Origin: Hydrurus foetidus | Taxonomy: Eukaryota | Direction of reading: 5' to 3' | Assembly (NCBI GenBank): GCA_900617105.1 | Contig: UYFQ01000001.1 | Span: 2,604,001-2,668,000, forward strand | Length of the DNA: 64,000 nt | Shown here: piece after piece, positions 20,849-29,986 of the stretch | How positions within the stretch are numbered: position 1 is the first letter of the stretch | How the letters are laid out: the number at the start of each line of letters is the position of its first letter | Translations under genes and position numbers: made by a program | Notes under the pieces: model-generated | Databases searched by the model: none | What the model was told of the DNA's origin: nothing | The model's input: the letters and a program-made list of their open reading frames with translations, nothing else

Positions 20849-20876
20849 GCCTTAAAAGCGACTAAAAATAAGCGAG

Positions 20877-21503
20877 TCAGCGCAAACCGGCGATGTAATC
20901 GGCCAACGCCTTGATTTCGCGGTCATTCAGCTTGGCGGCAACTTGGGTCATTTGCAGGTTGTTTTTACGGATGCCGTCGCGGAAATAGGTTAACTGGGCG
21001 GCGGTGTACTCGCCGTGCTGGCCACCAATGCGTGGATACTGGGCCGGAATTCCGGCACCTGTGGGGCCGTGGCAGCCGGCGCAGGCCGTTATGCCGCGCT
21101 CTGCAATACCGCCCCTAAAAATTCGCTCGCCTTGCGCAGCCAAAGCTTTGTCGCTGGCAAAGCCGGGCTTGACCTTTTTGGTGGTCACCCAGTAAGCAAT
21201 GTTGCGCATGTCTTCTTCAGACAAGGCGGACGCCAAACCTTGCATGATGGCATTGGCGCGTTTGCCAGACTTGTACTCGGTTAGCTGCTTAACGATGTAT
21301 TCCGGGTGCTGTTGCGACAACTTGGGGTTGCCGGGAATGACGGAATTTCCGTCTGCAGCGTGGCAACCTGAGCAAACCGCAAAGCTGGCTTCGCCTTTCA
21401 CTAAATCAGGCTTGGCGACTACGGGCGCAGGGCCAGCGGCGATGGTGGCGGCAGCTGTTAGCGCCAGCAGCGCAGCAAAAAACGAATGGGCAATCAGCTT
21501 CAT
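20877..21503 (-). CDS. Diheme cytochrome c4
   Basis: Signal peptide; two CxxCH motifs (CSGCH, CAGCH); divergent from yihA. Confidence 0.93.
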   Translation of the reverse strand: MKLIAHSFFAALLALTAAATIAAGPAPVVAKPDLVKGEASFAVCSGCHAADGNSVIPGNPKLSQQHPEYIVKQLTEYKSGKRANAIMQGLASALSEEDMRNIAYWVTTKKVKPGFASDKALAAQGERIFRGGIAERGITACAGCHGPTGAGIPAQYPRIGGQHGEYTAAQLTYFRDGIRKNNLQMTQVAAKLNDREIKALADYIAGLR

Positions 21504-21641
21504 ATCGGGGTTCTCTAGACTCGCAGGTTGTAACTTTTAAATCGGTGCAGATTAAATTTTACAATGGGTTAACTGCGGGTCCGATTTGTCGGGTATTGCT
21601 GCGCAGCTCAGCCGCCTGGACTCACCCGCATTGCACCTACC

Positions 21642-22325
21642 ATGACGACCCCTACCCCTACCCCTGCACAACCGATCCAGCCCGACCCCAAAATCGCGAT
21701 GGGCTGGTTGCACACCGCCAAATTTTTAACTACCGCACCAGAGCTCAAGCACCTGCCGCGCCTGGATGTGCCTGAAATCGCCTTTGTGGGCCGCTCTAAT
21801 GCGGGCAAATCCACCTGCATCAACACCCTGACCCAGCAACACCGGCTGGCCTACGCCTCTAAAACCCCAGGGCGCACCCAATCTATCAATTTGTTCACGT
21901 TAGGCAAACAAGGTGTAACCGACGCCGTGCTGACCGACCTGCCCGGCTATGGCTATGCGGCTGTGCCCAAAGAAGCCAAGCTGCGCTGGCAGCAAGTCAT
22001 GGGCAACTATTTGCAAACGCGTGACAACCTCAAAGCCGTGGTGCTGATGTGCGACCCGCGCCGCGGCATGACTGAGCTTGACGAAATTTTGTTGGATGTG
22101 ATTCGCCCCCGGGTTGAAGAGGGTTTGAAGTTTTTGATTTTGCTAACCAAGTCAGACAAACTAAACAAAACCGAGGGCGCCAAAGCGTTGCAAATTGCCA
22201 AACTCAATGCGGGCGGCGGGGACGTCAAACTATTTTCAGCACTTAAAAAGCAAGGCGTTGAAGAAGTGGCCCAGCACCTGTGGGACTGGACGCATTCAGG
22301 TATAAAAATGCCTGTAGCCGAATAA
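21642..22325 (+). CDS. yihA: GTP-binding protein YihA/YsxC/EngB
   Basis: GRSNAGKS, PGRTQ, DLPGYG, TKSD. Confidence 0.95.
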   Translation: MTTPTPTPAQPIQPDPKIAMGWLHTAKFLTTAPELKHLPRLDVPEIAFVGRSNAGKSTCINTLTQQHRLAYASKTPGRTQSINLFTLGKQGVTDAVLTDLPGYGYAAVPKEAKLRWQQVMGNYLQTRDNLKAVVLMCDPRRGMTELDEILLDVIRPRVEEGLKFLILLTKSDKLNKTEGAKALQIAKLNAGGGDVKLFSALKKQGVEEVAQHLWDWTHSGIKMPVAE

Positions 22326-22357
22326 ATACGGGCGCGAGCAGCTATAAAAATAATAGT
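22315..22357 (+). repeat. 43-bp dispersed repeat, copy 5 (supplies the yihA stop codon)
   Basis: TAGCCGAATAAATACGGGCGCGAGCAGCTATAAAAATAATAGT. Confidence 0.88.
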
Positions 22358-22382
22358 TACCAAGTAGTCAAACAACAGCCCC

Positions 22383-23318
22383 ATGATCACCACTTCTCAA
22401 CAACCCTTGCCCCACGGCATCACCCTGTCGTGCCGCAGCGCGGGCGAAAAAGGCCGACCAGTGCTGATTTTTCTGCACGGTTTTCCTGAAGCTGCTTTTG
22501 TGTGGGATGACTTGCTGGAGCATTTTGCCCAACCTGAAAATGGCGGCTACCGCTGCGTTGCACCCAACCTGCGCGGCTTCGAAAATTCCAGCACGCCTTT
22601 AGAGGTGGCGGCGTATCGACCCAAGCACCTGGTCAGCGACATTGCGGCGCTGATTGCCATTGAGGGCGGGGGCACGCCAATAGATTGCCTGGTTGCCCAC
22701 GACTGGGGCGGCGCGGTGGCCTGGAACCTGGCTGCCAGCCAGCCGGAATTGATTAAAAGGCTCACCATCATCAACTCGCCGCACCCGGGCACTTTTTTGC
22801 GTGAGCTGCAGCATTCGCCCGAGCAGCAAGCGGCCAGCGCATACATGAATTTTTTGATTCGGCCCGATGCCGAAGCCCTGCTGGCTGAGGACGACTTCAG
22901 GCGCTTGTTTGAGTTTTTCATGCCGTTCAGCACGGTCAAGGGTACGGCCGGCCCCCGAGTTGCCCCAGAGTGGCTGACCGAAAAAGTGCGTGACCAGTAC
23001 CGCAGCGTGTGGCAAAGCGGCTTGACCGGGCAACTGAACCTTTACCGAGCATCGCCGCTGCGCCCACCCCGGCCCGGCCCGCCGCACAACGACCCGGCGG
23101 CGGCGGTGGTTATTCCCCCGGAGCTGCTGGTGGTGTTAGTGCCCACTCTTGTGCTGTGGGGCATGGGTGATATTGCCCTGCCGCCCGCGCTGCTAGACGG
23201 CTTGGCAGACTTTGTGCCCAACATGCAGCTGGAAAAAATCGACGGCGCCACGCACTGGATAGTGCACGAACAAGCGGCGTTAGTGATTCAGCGGTTGCAA
23301 AGCTTCTTGGCAACCTAG
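22383..23318 (+). CDS. Alpha/beta hydrolase, epoxide hydrolase-like
   Basis: HGFPE oxyanion motif, AHDWG nucleophile Asp, C-terminal THW. Confidence 0.88.
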   Translation: MITTSQQPLPHGITLSCRSAGEKGRPVLIFLHGFPEAAFVWDDLLEHFAQPENGGYRCVAPNLRGFENSSTPLEVAAYRPKHLVSDIAALIAIEGGGTPIDCLVAHDWGGAVAWNLAASQPELIKRLTIINSPHPGTFLRELQHSPEQQAASAYMNFLIRPDAEALLAEDDFRRLFEFFMPFSTVKGTAGPRVAPEWLTEKVRDQYRSVWQSGLTGQLNLYRASPLRPPRPGPPHNDPAAAVVIPPELLVVLVPTLVLWGMGDIALPPALLDGLADFVPNMQLEKIDGATHWIVHEQAALVIQRLQSFLAT

Positions 23319-23340
23319 TAGCCTAGGCGCCTGGGGACTT

Positions 23341-24417
23341 TTAGCGCGGCATAAAAGGCATGCCGCCACCGCCCGAGCCAGCGCCGGGTAGAGGCAACCC
23401 CATCGGCGGCGGCGCGTTCGGGTTGCCACTTCCGCCCGGCAGCCCAAACGGCGTAGGTAGCGCTTCTTTGGTGTTGCCCGGCCCGCCGAAAGTCTGATTC
23501 AAGATATCAGATTGCACGCCTTGCACCGCGCGATTTTGGCCCGGCAGGCCAGAGCCAAGCCCCGCACCGCCGCCGGGTACAAAACCCTCACCGCCGATGC
23601 GTTTGAAAATATCTTGCAGGTTTTGCCCGTCACGCATCAGGCCGCGCTCCATCAGGCTACGCTGCATGATCGCGTCAAGCCCCATGCGATGCTCCACGAC
23701 ATCGTTGTCAAACTGCCCCCGCGCGCGCACCAAAAACACAGGCAGTTGCCCCGTATAAATTTTGGGTGCAAAGGCATCAATCGGCACATACGCGGCTTGC
23801 CCTTGGCCAATATTCACGCGGCCTTTTGGCGTTTCCATGGTGGTGGCGCCTTCGTACACCACGTTGTGCGTACCGGCTTCAGCCTCGGTTTCGGCGTCTT
23901 CCGCACGAAAGTAAATCACCTCATGGTCAGTGCCACGCACGCCAATCGTGGCGGTGGGCGTGTTGATGCGGTAGCCCTTGGGCCGGGTCTTGGCTATCCA
24001 CCCCGTGACGGTGCGCAAGCTGCCCGTGACCACATCAATCCACGACCTGTCGCGGTTGTTGCCGTTGGCGGCATAAGCTGTGATTTTGATGGTCGAGTTC
24101 GCGCGGACAGCAAGGTAAGCGCCATCGGCCATGTTGGCATGCGCCTCACTTTCGTCCGATGTTTTTATGGTGTCACCAGCCTCCAGGGGCATGCCAACAA
24201 CGATCTCGCGCGACACGCCTTTGAGTGTGGTGACGGTGACTGTGCCGCTGAGCAAATCGACTGTGCCTACAACGCCGGCGGGAAGCGCCGATTTGTTTGC
24301 GCTGGCGGCTGGGGCGGCGTTGGCGACGGGTTTGGTTTGCGCTGAGGCGAAGGTCAAGAAGCCGCTGGTAAGCAACGCAAACAATAGCGTGTAGATTTTG
24401 GTTAGGGTCGGCTTCAT
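23341..24417 (-). CDS. Exported FecR-domain protein with Gly/Pro-rich C-terminal tail
   Basis: Signal peptide; GDTIKT and TPTATIGVRGT FecR-type motifs. Confidence 0.75.
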   Translation of the reverse strand: MKPTLTKIYTLLFALLTSGFLTFASAQTKPVANAAPAASANKSALPAGVVGTVDLLSGTVTVTTLKGVSREIVVGMPLEAGDTIKTSDESEAHANMADGAYLAVRANSTIKITAYAANGNNRDRSWIDVVTGSLRTVTGWIAKTRPKGYRINTPTATIGVRGTDHEVIYFRAEDAETEAEAGTHNVVYEGATTMETPKGRVNIGQGQAAYVPIDAFAPKIYTGQLPVFLVRARGQFDNDVVEHRMGLDAIMQRSLMERGLMRDGQNLQDIFKRIGGEGFVPGGGAGLGSGLPGQNRAVQGVQSDILNQTFGGPGNTKEALPTPFGLPGGSGNPNAPPPMGLPLPGAGSGGGGMPFMPR

Positions 24418-24532
24418 TGAATTGTGTCAAGTTGTAGCCTTAGCGTAACCTGCTTGGGGGTTGGGGGCAAGGTGGGTTGTGGTTGTCTTGAATATGCTTT
24501 ATTTGGGTGGTTTTTATGGTCTGATAAGCATC

Positions 24533-24575
24533 TGGAGACCTAAATTCGGGCGCTAGCAGCTCTTTATTTAATAGC
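24533..24575 (+). repeat. 43-bp dispersed repeat, copy 6 (left end of the palindromic element)
   Basis: TGGAGACCTAAATTCGGGCGCTAGCAGCTCTTTATTTAATAGC; divergent 5' part. Confidence 0.7.
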
Positions 24576-24830
24576 ATCTCGCCTTCATTGGGTTTGCCGG
24601 GGGTTGCCCGGCTGCAAGTCACTTTTCTTTGCTTCGCCAAAGAAAAGTAACCAAAAGAAAGGCGACCCTACTGTCTGCGATCCTTCGCTGCGCTACGGAT
24701 ACCCTCCGGTACTCGCTTCAGCCGGGGTCACGTGCAAACTCGGCTATCGCCTCAAACAAGCACGCGCCCTGATCCGTCTGAAGCTCCGTTCCTCGGCGCA
24801 GCCAGAAGGGCTTTGGGGTCGGGGAAATTC

Positions 24831-24966
24831 GGGGAGGCCCTCACCCCAGCCCTCTCCCAGAGGGAGAGGGAGAAGGAGAAGGAGAAGGAGAAAAACCGAA
24901 ATTTTTGCGATGCGCAATCTCTTTATCCCCTCTCCCCCTGGGAGAGGGTTAGGGTGAGGGCTCCCC
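24831..24966. repeat. Inverted pair of CCCTCACCCCAGCCCTCTCCC..GGGAGAGGG units (boxC-like) with a GGAGAA microsatellite spacer
   Basis: 24831-24870 and 24928-24966 are reverse complements, each with an internal hairpin; family name from recall. Confidence 0.7.
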
Positions 24967-25231
24967 GCACCCGAATCCGAACCCGAATCAATTCCCCACC
25001 CCGTCCTGGCTGGGCTTGAAATAGTCAAACGAGACGGATTAAAAAATTTAGATGTCCGACGGCGGCTCGCCGACTAGTTTCTAAATTTTCCGTCTCGTTT
25101 GACTATTTCAAGGAACCGCGAAGCGGCCCAGCCTGCGGGTCGCCTTTTCTTTGCTTACTTTCTTTTGGCGAAGCAAAAGACAAGTGAGTAGCCGCCGGGC
25201 TACCCCCGGCAAACCACGTGAAGGCGAAAAC

Positions 25232-25274
25232 GCTACGAAATTAAGAGCTGATAACGACCGAATCTAGAGCGCTA
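25232..25274 (-). repeat. 43-bp dispersed repeat, copy 7 (right end of the element; supplies the miaB stop)
   Basis: Reverse complement TAGCGCTCTAGATTCGGTCGTTATCAGCTCTTAATTTCGTAGC; the most divergent copy. Confidence 0.6.
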
Positions 25275-26607
25275 AAGCCTCATCAACAGCAACAACCTCA
25301 CCCCGAAGCGACCGCATAGGCGCCTCAGTAATCCTGACATCCACCAACTGCCCAATCAACCGATCGGCCCCAGCAAACACAACTGGCCGATTACATTCAG
25401 TCCGCCCAAAAAGCGCATTGGGAGTTTTGCGAGCCGGTCCTTCAACCAACACGCGTTGAACAGTCCCAAGCCGAGAAGCGCTAATACCCTCCACACTTTT
25501 ATCAATCGTCGCTTGCAAATGTTGCAAGCGTTTTAACTTCACGCTGTGCGGCGTGTCGTCTTTGATATTCGCGGCGGGCGTGCCGGGCCTGGGGCTGTAG
25601 ATGAAACTGAACGATGTGTCGTAACCCACGTCGTCAATCAGGCGCATCATTTTGTCGAAGTCTTCGTCCGTCTCGCCCGGAAAGCCGACGATGAAGTCGC
25701 TGCTCATGGCCAGGTCAGGCCTGATGGCGCGCAGTTTGCGGATGGTGCTTTTGTATTCCATGGCGGTGTAGCCGCGCTTCATGGCCATCAAAATCTTGTC
25801 GGAGCCGTGCTGCACGGGCAAGTGCAGATGGTTGACCAGCTTGGGCAGCTTGGCATACGCGTCAATCAGGCTTTGGGTGAACTCGTTGGGGTGGCTGGTG
25901 ACGTAGCGGATGCGCTCGATGCCGGGAATGTCGTGCACGTAGTCGAGCAGCGTGGCGAAGTCGGCGATCTCGGTCGATGTACCCATCTTGCCTCGGTAAG
26001 CATTCACGTTTTGGCCGAGCAGCGTGATTTCTTTTACGCCTTGGTCGGCCAAGCCGGCGACTTCAACCAGCACGTCTTCAAACGGGCGGCTTACCTCTTC
26101 GCCACGGGTGTACGGCACCACGCAGTAGCTGCAGTATTTGGAGCAGCCTTCCATGATGCTGACGAATGCACTGCCGCCCTCAACGCGTGCAGGCGGCAGG
26201 TGGTCAAATTTTTCGATTTCTGGAAAGCTGATATCTACCTGTGGCTTGCCCAATTTGGCGCGCTTGGAAAGCAAGTCAGGCAGGCGGTGCAGCGTTTGCG
26301 GGCCAAAAACCACGTCAACATACGGCGCGCGCGCAATGATGGCTGCGCCCTCCTGGCTGGCCACACAGCCGCCGACACCAATCAACACGCCTTTTTCTTT
26401 GAGGTGTTTGACACGGCCCAAGTCGCTGAACACTTTTTCTTGCGCCTTTTCACGCACTGAACAAGTGTTGAACAAAATCAAATCGGCTTGTTCCATGTCT
26501 TGCGTCGGCTCGTAGCCGTCTGCCGCGCGCAAAACATCTTGCATTTTGTCCGAGTCGTACTCGTTCATTTGGCAGCCGAAGGTTTTGATAAAGACTTTTT
26601 TAGACAT
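25264..26607 (-). CDS. miaB: tRNA-2-methylthio-N6-dimethylallyladenosine synthase
   Basis: [18 protein letters not shown], radical [12 protein letters not shown]-terminal TRAM domain. Confidence 0.97.
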   Translation of the reverse strand: MSKKVFIKTFGCQMNEYDSDKMQDVLRAADGYEPTQDMEQADLILFNTCSVREKAQEKVFSDLGRVKHLKEKGVLIGVGGCVASQEGAAIIARAPYVDVVFGPQTLHRLPDLLSKRAKLGKPQVDISFPEIEKFDHLPPARVEGGSAFVSIMEGCSKYCSYCVVPYTRGEEVSRPFEDVLVEVAGLADQGVKEITLLGQNVNAYRGKMGTSTEIADFATLLDYVHDIPGIERIRYVTSHPNEFTQSLIDAYAKLPKLVNHLHLPVQHGSDKILMAMKRGYTAMEYKSTIRKLRAIRPDLAMSSDFIVGFPGETDEDFDKMMRLIDDVGYDTSFSFIYSPRPGTPAANIKDDTPHSVKLKRLQHLQATIDKSVEGISASRLGTVQRVLVEGPARKTPNALFGRTECNRPVVFAGADRLIGQLVDVRITEAPMRSLRGEVVAVDEALAL

Positions 26608-26624
26608 GATGTGACCGAAAATAT

Positions 26625-26667
26625 GCTATTTATTCAGGAGCTGCTCGCGCCCATATTTATTGGGATA
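26625..26667 (-). repeat. 43-bp dispersed repeat, copy 8 (just upstream of miaB)
   Basis: Reverse complement TATCCCAATAAATATGGGCGCGAGCAGCTCCTGAATAAATAGC. Confidence 0.88.
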
Positions 26668-26737
26668 CAGGGCTATTTGATGCCTAAAACAGGCGAAAAA
26701 AGGGCAAAACCCCATCAAACCGGCTTACTAGGCCAGC

Positions 26738-27190
26738 TTACTGCTTGTATTTGGGCAGCTGGTTGTAGGGCGTGTTGCCGTTGTCTTGCGGCGCTGCAGT
26801 TGGCGTGCCAAACAGCGAGCCGATGTTGCTGAAAAAGCCAGTAGCTTGGCCGGGCATTTTTACCTTGGCTTCTTCAGTCGTCAGTATCCAGACGTTTTGC
26901 ACCAGGCCAATGTTGTCACGCGTGTAATTGACCAGCAGCTTGGCGTTGGTAAGCGTGCCCGATAAAACCAGCGCATTGCTGGCATCACGAATGCGAACGC
27001 CGGGCGACAGGCGATCGGCTTTGCCGTCTATGGCGATGTCGGGCGTGCCGATCACCACCAATTCGCCGCGCTTGGCGTCTGGCGGAAACTTGCGAATGTT
27101 GGGGCTGTCTTCTGTCTGCGCCTGAGCTGCACCGCCGATGAGTGCAAGCAAAGCAATAGTAAATAGAAATCTTGAAATCCAGCGGTTCAT
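26738..27190 (-). CDS. Exported hypothetical protein
   Basis: Signal peptide ending AQA; coherent 150-aa ORF co-oriented with miaB. Confidence 0.75.
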   Translation of the reverse strand: MNRWISRFLFTIALLALIGGAAQAQTEDSPNIRKFPPDAKRGELVVIGTPDIAIDGKADRLSPGVRIRDASNALVLSGTLTNAKLLVNYTRDNIGLVQNVWILTTEEAKVKMPGQATGFFSNIGSLFGTPTAAPQDNGNTPYNQLPKYKQ

Positions 27191-27248
27191 GGTGTTTGTC
27201 CAGAGGCTGTCAAATCGGGGCCGCCGCGATGCGCGCGGTGGCGAAATA

Positions 27249-27325
27249 TGGTGGTGATAGGTGGATTTGAACCACCGACATCAGCATTATGAATGCTGCG
27301 CTCTAACCAACTGAGCTATATCACC
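27249..27325 (-). tRNA. tRNA-Met (anticodon CAT, elongator type)
   Basis: GGTGATATAGCTCAGTTGGTTAGAGCGCAGCATTCATAATGCTGATGTCGGTGGTTCAAATCCACCTATCACCACCA: 77 nt, cloverleaf, encoded CCA; Ile2 identity not fully excluded. Confidence 0.93.
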
Positions 27326-27334
27326 CGAGCGCAA

Positions 27335-27340
27335 ATTATA
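27335..27340 (-). promoter_or_regulatory. Sigma70 -10 box for tRNA-Met
   Basis: Perfect TATAAT 9 nt upstream of the tRNA 5' end. Confidence 0.6.
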
Positions 27341-27372
27341 GCCAACAGTATCTGGAAGTGTTCAACCCAGGC

Positions 27373-28161
27373 TCAAGAATGCGTAAACACGGGCTTGCGC
27401 TTGTTCACAAACGCGTCCATGCCTTCTTTTTGGTCGTTGGTGGCGAACAAGGCGTGAAACAGGCGGCGCTCAAACATCACGCCATCGGCCAGGCCCGATT
27501 CAAACGCGCGGTTAACGGCTTCTTTGGCCGCCATCACGCTCGGCTGGCCGTAGGCGCAGATCATCAACGCCGCGCCCAGCGCCTCGTCCATCAGCTTGTC
27601 AAACGGCACCACGCGGCTAACCAAGCCTGCGCGTTCGGCCTCAACCGCGTCCATCATCCGGCCCGTTAGCGCCATGTCCATCGCTTTGGCTTTGCCGACG
27701 GCGCGCGGCAGGCGCTGCGTGCCGCCCGCGCCGGGAATCACGCCCAGCTTGATTTCAGGCTGGCCAAACTTGGCGTTGTCAGCCGCAATAATAAAGTCGC
27801 ACATCATGGCCAGCTCGCAGCCGCCACCTAAAGCAAAGCCACTGACAGCAGCGATTACGGGCTTGCGAATGCTTTTGATTTGCTCCCAGTTGCGCGTGAT
27901 GTAGTCGCCCTTGTACACATCGGCAAAGCTGTAGTTGGCCATGGCGCCAATGTCTGCGCCAGCGGCAAAAGCTTTTTCGCTGCCGGTGATGATCATGCAG
28001 CCAATGTTGGCGTCCAGCTCAAAGGCTTTTAAGGCGCTGGCCAGCTCGTCCATTAACTGGTCGTTAAGAGCATTGAGTTGCTTCGGGCGATTCAAAGTAA
28101 CCAAGCCGACCTGGCGGTCCTCAGGGCCCAGCGTGGAGGTGATGATGGTCTCAAAGGTCAT
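27373..28161 (-). CDS. Enoyl-CoA hydratase
   Basis: [24 protein letters not shown] crotonase motifs with both catalytic Glu. Confidence 0.93.
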   Translation of the reverse strand: MTFETIITSTLGPEDRQVGLVTLNRPKQLNALNDQLMDELASALKAFELDANIGCMIITGSEKAFAAGADIGAMANYSFADVYKGDYITRNWEQIKSIRKPVIAAVSGFALGGGCELAMMCDFIIAADNAKFGQPEIKLGVIPGAGGTQRLPRAVGKAKAMDMALTGRMMDAVEAERAGLVSRVVPFDKLMDEALGAALMICAYGQPSVMAAKEAVNRAFESGLADGVMFERRLFHALFATNDQKEGMDAFVNKRKPVFTHS

Positions 28162-28173
28162 GGGAATCTTTCG

Positions 28174-29982
28174 TTAATTAACTAGCCAAGCGTCTACTTT
28201 AGCGGCATCTTTTATCGACAGTCGCCACGTGGTGGTGGGCGGCGGTAAGGTTAGCTCCAGCCGCAGCAGGCGTTTGTCGCGCGACACCAGCGCGATGAGT
28301 TTTTTCGCAGTACCGGCGTAAAGCAGAAAATCATCCAGGCGCTGCATTCGCCAGCCGCCTGATCTGCCGTTTTTAGGGCTGACAGGCTCAACGCCCAGCC
28401 ATTCGTCACCGGGCGCAAAGCCGGCTTTTTCTGCCGCGCCGCCGGACAGCACTGTTTTCACAATCAACCCATTGGCCTCGCTTACCCGCAACCCCAAGCG
28501 CTGCGCTAATTGGGCCGGGTCGTCATGCACAGTCGCGCCGTGCTCGGCCAACAGCGCGCGCAGCGGCAGATCAGTTTTGCCGTGCACCCAGCTTTTTAGC
28601 TCAGCAGCAAACGACCGCTTACCCAAACTTTTTAACACTTCCGCAAAGTCAGCCTCACGCATTGGCCCGGCCTTGCAGTGTCGCCACAGCGCACGCATCA
28701 CGTTGTCTAGCGTGGTGTGCCCTTCGCTGCGCAGCGTCAAATCAAAACACAGCGCTACCAGCGCGCCTTTGGTGTAGTAGCTCACCGTGGCATTCGGCGT
28801 GTTTTCGTCTTGCCGGTAGTACTTGACCCACGCATCAAAACTGGCCTCGGCCACTGACTGCACTCGCGTGCCCGGCGTTTGCATGACCTGGTTGATGGTT
28901 TTGTTCAGCAGCTTTAAATAACCCGCGTTGTCCAGCAGGCCGGCTCTGCGCAGCAGCAAGTCGTCGTAGTAGCTGGTGAAGCCTTCAAAAAACCAGAGCA
29001 GCTCGGTGTAGTTTTCCTGGGTGTAGTCATAGCGGGCAAATTCAATGGGCCGCAGGCGCTTGACATTCCAGGTGTGAAAGTACTCGTGGCTAATGAGGCC
29101 GCGCAGTGTGCCATAGCCCTCAGACGGTTTGGTGTCGCCAATACGCGGCAAATCTTTGCGATTGCAAATCAGCGCGGTCGAGTTGCGGTGCTCCAGCCCG
29201 CCGTAGCCGTCGTCCACCGCGTTCAGCATGAAAAGATAACTTGAAAACGGTGGCCGGTTTTTAGCCGATGGTTTGCCGTGCCAAAAGCGAATTTCTTCGT
29301 CGCAAATTTTTTGCGTGTCGGCCAGCAGCTTGGCGCCGTCAAACCCTGGCAGAGCACCCGCCACTACAAACCGGTGCGTCACGCTGCCTGCCATGAAAGT
29401 GCCGCTCCAAAAAGTGCCGAGTTCTACCGGGCAGTCGACCAATTCATGGTAATTGGCAGCGTCGTACGTGCCAAAACCTTGTTTATTGACTTTCAAAGCG
29501 GCCAAGCCAGTGGCCACTGACCAGACAAGACTCTTATTGGGCTCGACCACTTCAAGCACTTGGTGGGACGCTTCCTGGCCGTGCACTTTCAAGCACACGC
29601 TGGTGCCATTAAAAAAGCCGCGCTCTGCGTCTAGCCACGCCGTGCGCACCGAGTTGTCGTGCGCGTAAACCTCGTACTTGATCACCAGCGGCTTCCCCGG
29701 GTTGCACGCTACTTGCCAAGTGCATTTGTCTAGCTGCTTGACTGCCAACTTGCTTCGGCCTTGCTGGGCTGCTAAATTTTGCAGGTTTTTTGAAAACTCT
29801 CGCACCAAGTAGCTGCCCGGAATCCACACCGGCAGCGACACGCATTGCTCTGCCGCAGGCTGCGCGATCGTCAACGTCACCGCAAACAAGTGGGCGTTGG
29901 TGTCGTGCACGGCAATTCGGTAGTAAGTGGGCAGAGCGGGAAGAACTGACAAAGCAGGCAACGCAGCAACAGGTTTTTTCAT
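28174..29982 (-). CDS. M61 family metallopeptidase with PDZ-like C-terminus
   Basis: PVWIPGSY, GGLEHRNS, HEYFHTWN zinc motif, LWFFEGFTSYY; start placed at ATG 29982 to avoid overlap with nei. Confidence 0.92.
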   Translation of the reverse strand: MKKPVAALPALSVLPALPTYYRIAVHDTNAHLFAVTLTIAQPAAEQCVSLPVWIPGSYLVREFSKNLQNLAAQQGRSKLAVKQLDKCTWQVACNPGKPLVIKYEVYAHDNSVRTAWLDAERGFFNGTSVCLKVHGQEASHQVLEVVEPNKSLVWSVATGLAALKVNKQGFGTYDAANYHELVDCPVELGTFWSGTFMAGSVTHRFVVAGALPGFDGAKLLADTQKICDEEIRFWHGKPSAKNRPPFSSYLFMLNAVDDGYGGLEHRNSTALICNRKDLPRIGDTKPSEGYGTLRGLISHEYFHTWNVKRLRPIEFARYDYTQENYTELLWFFEGFTSYYDDLLLRRAGLLDNAGYLKLLNKTINQVMQTPGTRVQSVAEASFDAWVKYYRQDENTPNATVSYYTKGALVALCFDLTLRSEGHTTLDNVMRALWRHCKAGPMREADFAEVLKSLGKRSFAAELKSWVHGKTDLPLRALLAEHGATVHDDPAQLAQRLGLRVSEANGLIVKTVLSGGAAEKAGFAPGDEWLGVEPVSPKNGRSGGWRMQRLDDFLLYAGTAKKLIALVSRDKRLLRLELTLPPPTTTWRLSIKDAAKVDAWLVN

Positions 29983-29986
29983 GGGC

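Larger units (their letters stand above)
24533..25274. mobile_element. Non-coding nested palindromic element (MITE/REPIN-like) with ~135-bp imperfect terminal inverted repeats
   Basis: 24533-24669 matches the reverse complement of 25137-25274; internal inverted pairs 24831-24870/24928-24966 and 25015-25038/25089-25112; no credible ORF; mobility is inferred only. Confidence 0.7.

Noticed and set aside
24440..25028. ORFs 24440-24640, 24604-24957, 24732-25019 and 24744-25028
   Set aside because: They are translations of palindromic and microsatellite DNA (poly-R, EKEKEK, poly-L) with no protein motifs.
25546..26460. Long antisense ORFs (e.g. 25546-26460, 23512-24345, 43298-44224)
   Set aside because: Shadow frames opposite well-supported GC-rich genes, with no recognisable motifs.
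27249..27325. tRNA-Met as an integration site for an island or prophage
   Set aside because: No integrase and no duplicated tRNA 3' end found in the window.
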